Shown: piece by piece, positions 27,301-39,300 of the stretch
Numbering within the stretch: position 1 is the first letter of the stretch
How the letters are laid out: each line of letters opens with the position of its first letter
Assembly (NCBI GenBank): GCA_964234715.1
Contig: OZ174276.1
Strand: one strand, 5' to 3'
DNA: 64,000 nt
From: Podarcis melisellensis
Lineage: Eukaryota
Notes under the pieces: model-generated
The model's input: only the letters and a program-made list of their open reading frames with translations
Told to the model about the DNA's origin: nothing
Database searches by the model: none
Program-made: the position numbers and the translations under genes

Positions 27301-30300
27301 TGATGTAGCCTTGGAGGCCTCCCAAAAAAGTATTCCAGAGCTGCCATACTACACTGGAAAATTCCCATTTTGGGTATACGTCTCTAATTATCCATGGAAA
27401 GGTAGCCTATTGGAGATCCCTAAGAGTAGTGGGATTTTATATGAGAGAAAGTGTTGTCTAAAACACACAACATATTTAAGGTCATCATTTAGTGACAGTG
27501 AATTCTGAAATGCTTTTCACTAGGTCTTGATTTGCCTTAAGTACTGGAAAAAAACCTTTTTCGATATTTTTTTAAATATGAGGTTGTTTTGAACTGCATT
27601 ATTTGTAGAACTGATTTTGCCTTACTTATTGTGCATTTGATATGATTGTATTGATCAAACTGCTGCTCACTTGTTTTTAATACTTCGTTATTGTGAGCCA
27701 TTTTGAGCTCAACTTCGTTGCAAAAGTCGCATGCAAATATTAAATCAAACTAAATTGTGTTAAAGCAATCTTTATGCTACAAATGAAAAATATTTACTCA
27801 AATGATGCAGACATTATATATTCTGTATCTTGTTTCTTGGTAGGAGTACCTCTGAATTAGGTTCAGATAACCTTCACTTCCTAACTTGAAGTTACAGTAC
27901 TTTTGTTTCAAAATTATTGTGCTCCAAGGGACTGATCCAGTGTATACCCACTTAACTTCAGTAAATGCTGCAGCCTCCAGTGCTTACAAACTGTTCTCCA
28001 AACCATTAATAGTTTGCTTTGCTCTAATCAATATAAGCTGATTCTGAGTATTTTATTAAATTGCTGCTTTAAAAAAATCTGTTTTGAAAAGGTTTCCGGG
28101 TAGTTCTCAGTAGCATTCTCTTTAAACTGGTATTTGTGTTTTACTTGCAGGATCGCACAAGAACTTTTGACATGCATTCACTGGAGAACTCGCTAATTGA
28201 CATAATGAGAGCTGAAAGTGATTCACTGAAAGGTAAACTTGGATTACTCTTTTCCTGCAATAAATAATTAGGCTGACATACTTGCACAAAGTATGAAGTT
28301 CAAGTATTTATAGAATAGCTAAAGCAGTTACTTCCCCCTCCTATTTGTTAGTTTGTCCAGACTCTGGACCTCCTTTTTCTTTTGCTTCAAGTGGAAGCAG
28401 TCAGTAAAACATTTGTGTGTGCTTAATGGCCTCCTTGGCATAATACCTCTTAAAAACACAGGCCATGTTTTCCAACATTGCTTTCTGAAGTGGCTTCAGA
28501 TTAGTAACACTTTTAAAATGTGATTTAAAATTGAAGCCTTATCTGAAGATATGTAAAATGCACCTACCCTGTTTGCCTATTTTCCTCAGTATGATATTTT
28601 ACAGTCTTGGGAAATCCTGTTATACCATAGATATAATGTAGAAGAGTCCTTTGAATATTAGGGGTTTTGTTGGAGTACAAGGTAACCAACTGACCTAGCC
28701 CTAGAGCTGTGTATGTACTGTCTGTCTGGTAAGCTGGTGGAAAAAGTGAGCTAAGCATAAAAGTTACAGAAGTGGTGAATTTTGGTTTGGATGAAGATCC
28801 CACTCAGTGTTGTTTCATTGTGGTTCGTCTATATTGTGATACACCTACAGAACAAGATGGTGCAGAATTTGCCCCTGAATTGAAGCTTAAGGTCCATTTA
28901 ACTTGGGACAGGCCAAATGCACTGGTTCCACTCCATAATTAACTTCTTTTCAATGACTCTTGGAATTATGGGAAAGGTAGTTCCCATGTTCCATCTCTGC
29001 TCCTAGGCCTGGTGATATGGGTAGCCTCTGTAACTATATTTCCCATTATATGGATTGGCTCAAGCGTTCCTAGGAACAACCAGGCCCAAGAGCAGGCTGA
29101 GGCCTCAACAATGGGGAACTATACTACTAGTAATTAGGGATATAGAAGTGCCCTTACTCCCCATTGTTCAGACTTTGAGGTGATTCGAAATCTTTTAAAC
29201 TCTGGCATATGTGATGACAAAATTATCTGTTGTCATTGAGCATTTTGTGTTCCTGCAGACTTCAGTTAATCTGTGCATTATGCAGAATGGATTATACTCC
29301 TAGTCCAAATTCACTGCTGAAATCTTGTAAATTCTGACAATGACACTTTGACATTGAAAAATTTGTCAGAAACATCTTAGTGGGTACACATACTGCTTAC
29401 TCTGGATGTAGAGAATAAATTAATAAATGTCTGCTGCCTGACAAAATGAACAATGCTTTTATCATCTGAAAATGGTACAGCTTGAGGAATTGATGAAGTC
29501 ACATAAATAACCATTCTTCTGTTCTGAAAATGGGTTGAATCAAAACATACCTGAAATATATTAATGTACAACCTCCTAGAAGCAGCATGTTAAGCAATAC
29601 ATTTGTCTTGTTTAGGGTCAGTGCTTAAGCAATAATCTTAACTTACATGTCTCGGGGTTTTATGTGTCAGACTCCCTTATTTATCTACTTTGTCCAAGGC
29701 TTTTGCTCTAGTTCATCACTGGCCTTGACATGGCTAGAGCAGATTTACGGCCTTCCTGGAAAGTAAATTTCTTCTATTGTCTAGGTTTCTGGTAGTAATG
29801 GAATTAACTTACCCTTTAATAGTTCTTCTTGTCACAAAGAATCCCAAAATGCTTGACACAGTGGCTACCCAGAGTTGCTTCTATCCACTTCTGGGGTGAA
29901 AGCAGTAGCTACCACTGTCACCAAACCCAAATAGCTATTCAGGGTGGGGAATAAATTATCCAGGTGAAACATATGGGGGACCTGAGCAGCAGGTATGGTC
30001 TTTCCTCAAAGAGAAGAGAGCCAAATCCAGTTTCAGTTAGCTTCCTGCGCCATGGCCTTAAACTATGTGAAATGGAATCTTAATATATAACCATGTTGCC
30101 TCATGTGCAAGTACAAAAATGTCCTGGCTTTGTAATTAATTACCTTGCAGGCTTATACTGATATCAAGTACAGTGGTGCCTCGCAAGACGAAATTAATTC
30201 GTTCCGCAAGTCTTTTCGTCTTGCGAGTTTTTCGTCTTGCGAAGCACGGTTTCCCATAGGAATGCATTGAAAATCAATCAATGCGTTCCTATGGAAACCG

Positions 30301-33300
30301 CCTTCAGACCAGGTCCGGGGACAGTCTGTCCCCCGACCTCTTCTGAAGGCCGGCGGGGGGGGGGGGAAGTCTTTGCTCCCCCCCCCGCCTGCCTTCCCGG
30401 GACAGCGGAGACTTCTCTGCTGTCCCGGGGCGATCTTAAAATGCTGGCAGGCGGCAGCGAAGGCTTCGCTGCCATCCCCCAGCATTTTAAAAACCCCGGG
30501 ACAGCGGAGGACTTCTCCGCTGTCCAGGGCTTTCTAAAAATGCTGGCGGGCGGCAGCGCTGACGCCCGCCAGCATTTTAAAATCGCCCCGGGACTGCGGA
30601 TGAATTCTCCGCTGTCCCGGAGCGATTTAAAAGCCCCCGGGAAGGCAGGCAGGGGGGACAAAGACTTTTGCCCCCGCCAGCCTTCAGAAGAGGTCCTGGT
30701 GGATGAATTAAGATGGCCAGTAGTTCCTGGGAATGGGCCACAGACTCTCGTGAAAATTTTCCCTTTTCCTGCCTCCATCGTTATGGTTAATAACTACATC
30801 GGCACTAACCTTAACACTGTTTCATGTTAACCAAGGTTCCCATTGTGCCTATGGTTTGCAGAACTGCTTCAAAATCTTGATTGTGGTAGAAACACTGGTT
30901 AGGTTGATGCAGTTTAATACCTAGCCATGATAATGGGTTATGAGAAAGGGTTGGAGAAATTACTGTATGACAGGGATGGAGAACTTCTAACCCTCCAGAT
31001 GTCAGCCCCACCCATGGTTGGGATGATGGGTGTTGTAAGCCAACAACCTCTTGGAGGCTGCTGATTTCTCATCCCTGCTGAATGAAATTTAGATCTTGGA
31101 AAAGAGTGTGTGATTCTGTGACCTGTTCAAATCTATTGGCTAAGATTAGAATACAGGATTGTTACCCAAAGTTCTCGTGAGCTCTCATACATACACTCCT
31201 GTTCTCTCAAATGTATTTGCCTAGCAAGAAGAGACAGTAGCTTACGTTCAGCTTTTAAAATGTATACCCAATTGAATAATTAAAAGCTGAAGAAAACAAA
31301 ACGTGTGTAGGAAGCTGTGGTGTCGGTTCACCTTGGGGTAAGTCACTATTAAGTGATAGCTGCAAAAGGGTATGTTTTTCTGGTTATTGTAGGTGAATTT
31401 TGAAGAGCAATGAGACTGCTTCCCTCTTAATTTTTTTGAGAGATTGTTAGCACAGTAACCCCAGAAGACTGCAAACCTTTTTTGGCTGTATAGGGAAGGA
31501 CCATAGCTTTGAGGTTGAGAATGTTTTGTGTGTAGAAGGTCCAGATTCAATTCATAGCAGGTAGGGAGTACTCCCTGTCTCTTAAACCCTGGAGAGGTGC
31601 TGCCAGTTGGTGTAGACAGCACTGAGTTAGATGGATCAATAGTATGTTTTGGTATAGGGCAGCTTCCTGTATATAGAGGGGATTTTTGTTTGGGGGTAAA
31701 TATGTATCAATAGCCTCCTAAAGAAGCATATTTGCTTGGTTTTTCTTCCTGGAATGTTTTTTTTGTAAGTACTGCACTTTTGTATTTTAGCAGAGACAGA
31801 GAGTTATACTACCCAAACAATTGTCCTCTAAACTATTGTCAAATGTTAGGGAACTTTGTTTTTGTTGACCACCTTCCTGAATCCTCGTTATTCGCCTGCC
31901 TTGAGCAGCTGTCATTTTCAGTATGATATTTATATCCACAAGAGTGTCTGCAGAAGTCTTTCTCTAGAGACTTAATTGCATTTCCTTTATGAGAGATTTG
32001 ACTTTCATGGACTGAACTTGACACAGAGAGACATGCTTCTCCTCCTCCTCACTACAGTTATTTGAGATGGCAATTTGATCATTGTCATGCTAATAATGAA
32101 TCAGATGATATGCTTTCTTCCCTATAATAAAATATACTGCATAGTCTCAAATGGTCATCAGTTGCCTCGAAGTAGGGCAGGAAGAAGCTGATTAACTGAA
32201 GGAGGATAGTGGTATAATAAAAACATAAGAAGAGCCCTGCTGGATCAGATCAAGCCTTCATTTAGTTTAGCATCCTGTTTTCCAGAGTGCTCAACCAGAT
32301 GCCTCCAGCAAGTCATCAAGCAAGGCGTGGATGCAATAGGCTTCCCATGTGTCCATCCCTCTTAATGGGTATTCAGTGGAATATTGTTTACGAAAATGGA
32401 TCTTCCACTTAGCCACCCTGGCTGATAGCTACTGATAGATCTATACTGAATGATTTTACAAAATCCTCATTTAAAGTAATCTAAAGCTAGTGTTGGTAAC
32501 CACATCTTGTGGTAGTGAATCCATCAATTATGCATTGTGTAAAGATGTGCTTTATCTTGTCTGTCCTGAATCTACTGCCAGTTTCATTGGGTGACTCCCA
32601 ATTTCTAGCATTATGAGAGTGGGAGGACATGTTTTCAATACACACCACCTTCATGCCATAGACTCATTGAATTGTAGAGTAGGGAAGGAACCACAAGTGT
32701 CATCTAGTGCAACACCCTGCAATGCAGGGATCTTTTGCCAAACATGGGGCTTGATTCCATGACCCTGAGATTAAAGGTCTAATGTTTATAAACCTGTTTC
32801 AACCCCCCCCCCAAACCCTTTAGGTGTTACTAAACTGAAAAGTCCCAAGTGTGTTAGTCATTCCTTGTAGGGAAAGTGCCCGAACCCACTTGATCACTTT
32901 GGTTGCCCATTTTGCATTGAACCCATTTCTGTACTATGGGGTACTATGGATTTCAAATCCAGCCACACCAGAGATTTTATAGAATGACATTATGATACTG
33001 ATAGTCGTCTTGTCAATGCTTTGCCTGGAATTTTCCTCTTTTTTAACACTACACACTGAGTTAATGTTTTTGTCGAGCTATCCATAATAATCTTTTTTAT
33101 CTACCATAACCCTATTTTTTTATTAAACTCTTTTAAATATTGTACTGTATTTTATATTGTTGTACCCTGCCCTGAGACCTTAGGGTGACGTATGAGTAAT
33201 AAATCAAACTGTTATTAACATTAATAATGAATAATAATATCCCCACAATCTTTCCAAGTTACTAACCGTCAGTTGATTAATATACCTGTGAATTTGGGAT

Positions 33301-36300
33301 TAAGTATTCAGCTCTGCTAAGCTTTCACACTGTTGTGTGAGGTTAGTTAAAAGCAACCAAAGCAAAGTCATGAAGTGCTTTTAAAATGGTGAAATACTCA
33401 GGTAAATGATGTTGAGGAAGAATAAAAAATTATCTCCCTTTTAGATGAAGTCATTCTTTAAATGAAGATAAAGTGGTGATAGTAATAATGAGAGTAGATT
33501 AGGTTATTGTAGGAGGTACATTAAATGTATCAAGCCCAGCTGGTTGCATCATATTAAACTGCTAAGACAACTACTGCACAGTGTTTTTATGTACTTTGAT
33601 CATTGAGGATAAGATTTCTATAACACCTCACTTTTCTCTTCCAGTATTAAAATAAAATGGTGCCACTTACAACTAGAATGGTGAAGTAATGGCAAACTAT
33701 GGGAAGGCCCCAATATAATATGTTAAATAATAGTGGAAGCTTTCTTGAAGCAGCAAGCAAAATCTATACCGTATTTTTCCCTCTATAAGACGCACCAGAC
33801 CACAAGACGCACCTAGTTTTTGGAGGAGGAAAACAAGAAAAAAAATATTCTGAATCTCAGAAGCCAGAACAGCAAGAGGGATTGCTGCGCAGTGAAAGCA
33901 GCAATCCCTCTTGCTATTCTGGCTTCTGTGATAGCTGTGCAGCCTGCATTCACTCCATAAGACACATACACATTTCCCCTTACTTTTTAGGAGGGAAAAA
34001 GTGAGTCTTATAGAGCAAAAAATACGGTAAATAGGAGGATGCAGAAACATTCTTAGTCCACCTCTTATATGCAAGAAAAAGAAATTTTGGTGACAAGAAG
34101 ACTGTGTCACAAAGAAGTTCAGAGCTTCAACGTGCCTTATGTCTTCTTAGTCTGTCTTTTTCAAGTTGCAAAATGCTGACTCAAAAGCTAGTTGGGTGAC
34201 ATTAAGTGCTGTGTGCAGCAAGCTACAGCACATTACTTTCTGCATTAATTAGAGAGGCTGTTGCATGTATTGCAACACAGCTGCCTTGTAATAATTTTGT
34301 AATATGAAGAAATTCTAGATTTTTATGCAAACCCCATGGTTTTCTAATGTATGGATCATTGCTTTTATGTTGATAGAGTATAGTCTGTATAGTCTGGGGC
34401 AAAACCAAATTGAACAGTTTTGATGCAGCCTAGTGTCCATTTTTATATTATCCAAATCGGGAGCACCGTATAAGTACCCCTCCCATGACTCACTCCTTGA
34501 TGTGGTTGGTTGATATAGACTCAGCTTCAAGACTTGGTTATATGTAACTGCACCTCTGTTTTTATACTGAATCTGCTCCATGTATGGTTTCATTATTGCT
34601 TGTATGGTTATGCGTTAATTTGCCCATATGTTTTTGATAAATCAATACAAATTTTCAAAAGGAAAAAAAACACCCCTATTTAGATAGAGTATGAGGAGGG
34701 AAGTAAAGGAATGATTTAAACTCTCCCTTCATTTATTTCTATGATGGGCCCATTATTTTTTCTATAGATTTGCTGATTTTTCTGAAGTGCCTATTATGCT
34801 TGGAACACTTTCTGTGTGAAGGTTTTGTGGTTTGAGGACTTCTCTTGAGGTTGCAGTCACATGTGTCCATTTGCAGTAAAATGGCAACCACTGACTTGTT
34901 GAACATCCTTTGACGGAGCTTTCAGAAAGCCACAGCCACTAGTGTGCAAGATCAAAGGCAAATGAGTGACTTATTTAGTATTTTGGACAACTAATAAACA
35001 GCTCACTGAAACTATGCTTAAAATAAAGCCTTATTCAAGGAAGTTATTCTAAAGTAAGCTGCCTCCTTCAAATAAGACATAATGCTAACTAATCACTATT
35101 TGAGCTTGTTTTTAGAGAGATGAGTAGAGCCAAGTGACCCCTTGGCTTGAAGAGGCTGTAAACCTCCTAGTGGCTTACTAGGTGGTAATGCCTAATAAGA
35201 AGCCAAGTTTTTAAAGTTCAAAACATAACCCGACTGGTTACCAGCTTTGTACATTCTCAGGAGATAGGGGAGTATCAAAATCTTTATATTGGTGCTTTCT
35301 CCCCCTTCGTTGATGATACTTGAAGGATCTGTATGGAACTCGAGCCCTCTTAAGGCATATTTTAAACAAGTTAAGTAAACATGCAAGGGGTGGGGCATGG
35401 AAGCAGGCATACTAATTCCACCACCACCAAACCTCCACAAATTGGAAAATCAGGTGAGTGCAGATTTCCAGCTTCAGAAGACTGCCTCCAACCCAGAAGA
35501 ACTGTGGGGATGGGGACATGTGCTTGTCCCCATGGTCGCCTCTTGTATGTTTACTTAACATTTATAGAGAACACCTGAAGAAGCTTTTGTGTCCTCTGTC
35601 ATTGTTGTCCATTTTCATCCGTTTCAGTAGTAGGTGGGTTCTCTTGGAAAGCAAAGAGAAAGTGGAGCAGTTGTGTAAAAATGCATGTAGGAGGTGCTTG
35701 TGTGGTATGGGATAAGATGAGTGCTGGACTTTCAGCAGAACAAGCTTCCGCAAAGTATGAGTAGAGAAACAAGAAAATGACTTTGGCAATAACAGAACTG
35801 TAAATAACTTAAGTGTAGAAGGTGGGGTGGACTGAGAAGGGAGGGGAGCCTAGAACACGTGTTTGATGGGGTTAACTTTCAAAAGATTTAGGAGAATGAA
35901 GAAGTGTCTGATTGGGAAGTTGATACTTTTGATCAGGCCTAGGCAAACTCAGCCCTCCAGATGTTTAGGGACTACAACTCCCATCATCCCTGACCACTGG
36001 TCCTGTTAGCTAGCGATGATGGGAGTTGTAGTCCCCAAACATCTGGAGGGCTGAGTTTGCCTGTGCCTGCTTTTGATTCTAGCTGTTGGAAAGTAGAGGT
36101 GTAACATTTCTGGAATTTTTGAAGCCATTTAGCGTGCCTTCTTGGGGGAAAGAGAAATATATGCAATATGTTCTTCTCATACCTAAACCTAGATTGCCAC
36201 CTTGAGATCGTGACATGTATTGTGTGTAATTTAGCAAATAATACTACATTGTTTGCTATGAATGTCTTTAAAGTTTTATTCAAACAACAATTATATACTG

Positions 36301-39300
36301 TGGTCAGTGCTTAAGAGCGACCTGCAAGTTGCTGGACCTAAAAGTGAAAAAATGCATTTTGGATTTTGCTAGTTGGCAAAATAATAATAAAATAAAAATT
36401 GACAATGGGAATGCTTGACACTGTAGTAAACAAAAGGGAGGCTTTATTATCTGGACTTAGTGCGGGTGGCTTGTATCCAGAGAACTGTGCGATTAGCTTT
36501 GCATACCAAAGAAGCTTTGGAATTGTTTTTCTCAAATAGCAGTTCCCCTTTCTCATTTATGGCAAACCTCTTTTGAACCAGAAGAATTTTATAAGCCGTG
36601 TGTGCTATGGAGTGCAGTTTCCAACTTTAAAGGAAAAAGGCCTAAGATCTCCCACCCTTGAGCTTTTAGAAGGCTGGTCTGAGGCAAAGTGCTCATTCAG
36701 CCCTTTCAATGAATACTATGTCTTCTAGGTGGGGCATCACTTTTAACTCTTAAGGTAGCATGTATGAAATGGCAGTTGGCTTTTATAATGCATTTGCTAC
36801 CTGACAGTAGCATACCCCTCAGTATTTTGGACAACTTCTTAACGAATGATGCTATTGAATTGTCATTTGGCTCCAATCTACTTTGCGGGAGTTCAGTTAA
36901 ATGTGCCTTACCTAGAGACCTCTGCATGAGAGGACATTGGAGGTGCTCTCCTTCACTTCAGTGAAACCAACAAATGTAAGCCTCATTTTTGAAAAATGAC
37001 ACATCAAAAGAATGAATAGACCCAAAATAGCAGCAAGAATCCGCCAAGGTCATTGAGCAATAACCACGGTACAATAGCTTGTGAAGAAAGAAACTGCTTC
37101 TATGATGAAACCTACTTTTCCCTTCTGGTGTCTGAAGAATTTCAAAGTCTGTGCCAGAGGATGCCACTGTCAGAAAGAAGAGAATTGACTGTGTAACAAA
37201 CTTCATTTTGAGGTCATTAGGAATGACATAGTTAATAGATCCTTTTTTCTTAGTGTCTCTTTTTCAAAATTAATTTCTTTTATGTTTTCATGCTGGTCTG
37301 ATTTACCTTTTTGGATAGTATGAAAACTAACTGAAATAAATGCACTGATTATGTTTCTGGTTCTGGTTTCCTTATTTGGCTTGATGTCCATGTGGTGGCT
37401 GCAAGCTCCAGACTTATAAAACAACTTACAAAGAAACATAGGAGGCCAACTTGTACTGAGTCAGACAACTGATCCACCTAGCTCAGTATTTCCTAGACTA
37501 ACTGGCAGAAGCTTTCCATGGTTTCAGGCATAGGGCATTCACAGCTGTACCTGGAGATGCTGAGGATAAAGCCTGAGACCTTTTGCATGCAAGGCAGATA
37601 CTTTACCAGTTAGCCATTTCACTTCCCAAAGGTCTGCTGAAAAGTTCCAAAAAAGGGGCAAGGGAGTTCTAAGTTGAAACTGAGTGAACTAGACAAAGTC
37701 ATCTCAATGAGAAATACAATTTACAGAGAGCTCACAAAGCTCCCTTTATCTCAAGCTAAGTCTTTCTTCCCCAGTCTTTCTTCCCCAGGTATAGGCAGAA
37801 ACAGGACTCTTGAGGGCCTTCCTTCACATGAAGTTATTAGAGCAATGATTGTGCAGTTCTTATCTATTTGTTGCTCAGTAGCTGCAATACTTTCTTCGTG
37901 GAAAGACTTCTGTTTCAGAAGTTGTTTCCTTTTCTCGGAACGTACTCTCAATGTGATATATCATCCTTCATCAATCACACCACAGAACTGCAATTGCAAT
38001 GGCCAAACGTTGCTATTGCAATGGCTGTTGCTAGTGACATCATGAGTGACAAAGCAATAAAGGCCTACTTACATGCCAATGCCATTTTGTGGGCATTTTA
38101 TTTTTACAGTTTCTTATGGCTGCCGGCTGCACTGCTGTGCAACATCAGTGCTTCATTGCTTATACAGCAGTATTTGAAGCTGTTTGGTGGTTCCGCCTTT
38201 CCACAGAGTTATTTGAGGAACTATTAAAGTTTCTATCCCACCTAACCTGGTATTTAGTTAGCATTCAGCTGGACAGGGCACGTTTTAGCTGCTGTAATCA
38301 CACACTTCTATCTGTGATCACACACTTCTATCTTTCTGTGATCACACACTTCTATCTTTGGGGTCTGCCCTCCTGGGAGCGTTTGTAGAACTGTTCTAAT
38401 TAAGCTGATAACTTGTAGATAAAGACACAATCTTTCTCATTTTCTTACAATGGAATTATCAGTGTCACTTCATTTTACAGCAAACCAAGTTCAAACTTGG
38501 AAACTCAAGAATTTTTATTTCTGAATTGTAAACTTACCTCCCCACCCTCCTTTAAGCCAAGTGTTGGATGACTATTGACATTCAAGGCTTTAAATAAATT
38601 TCACTTCCTGCTACAAAGTTGTCTGGTTTTTTTTTTTAATTAAATAGGTATTAAGTAAAATAAAAATATTAAATAAGCATTAGTTTATTTCACAATCATA
38701 GTATAAGCTGATTACTTTTAAAGCTGTATATTGAACATTCCATCTGAAGTTTAGTTTTGCATATAGTGAGGCTTGTTATTTAAATAAGCAAAGGATGAAG
38801 TGATTCTGGAGAGACTTGTTTGGAATATGTTCTGGGATGTTAAGACATACAGGTACATTCAGAACAGACCCATGATGAGTGCTCTACCTGGAGCTGTGAC
38901 AGTGTTGCGTGAGCACAGGGCCAGTAGTGGTAACTGCACCAGAATGAGCAAAAGTTCTGAAGCAGAGAACTTGTGAGATAAGAGCCTTGTCCTTTGGATT
39001 TGCTGCCACTCACCTTGTGACTCCACCTTGGTTCTCACCTGCCACATTATGCCCAGGAATTAGTGTAGGTTTGGTTGTGTACAGTGGTGACAGCGGGAAC
39101 TGAAGTAGGAACAGGGAGAACTGACCTGACGAGGGGATGAGAGCACCAACCTCTTTCATGGCCTTGACCTGCTTTGTGAGGAAAAGACAAAGTGTTTTTA
39201 AAGTGCTTTTTAAAGAGTTCACTTTACTATACACCCTTGCATCATTTTGTTTCTTTTAGCACTATACAATACACCACATGATGCAGTATTTCATGAAGTA

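Noticed and set aside
29943-29992. AG...GT segment containing NYPG as a candidate exon 3
   Set aside because: 50 nt (frameshifting), no pyrimidine tract, poor peptide match.
30153-30830. Overlapping 110-197 aa ORFs
   Set aside because: They arise from a GC-rich palindromic transposon; no transposase motifs.
31823-31837. GTCCTCTAAACTATT resembling the start of mammalian exon 3
   Set aside because: No AG acceptor before it, no similarity after it, and no donor 51 nt downstream; probably chance.
38297-38357. Repeated 17-mers that superficially resemble a CRISPR array
   Set aside because: Spacers are only 3-7 nt, the context is a eukaryotic intron, and it is a simple slippage duplication.
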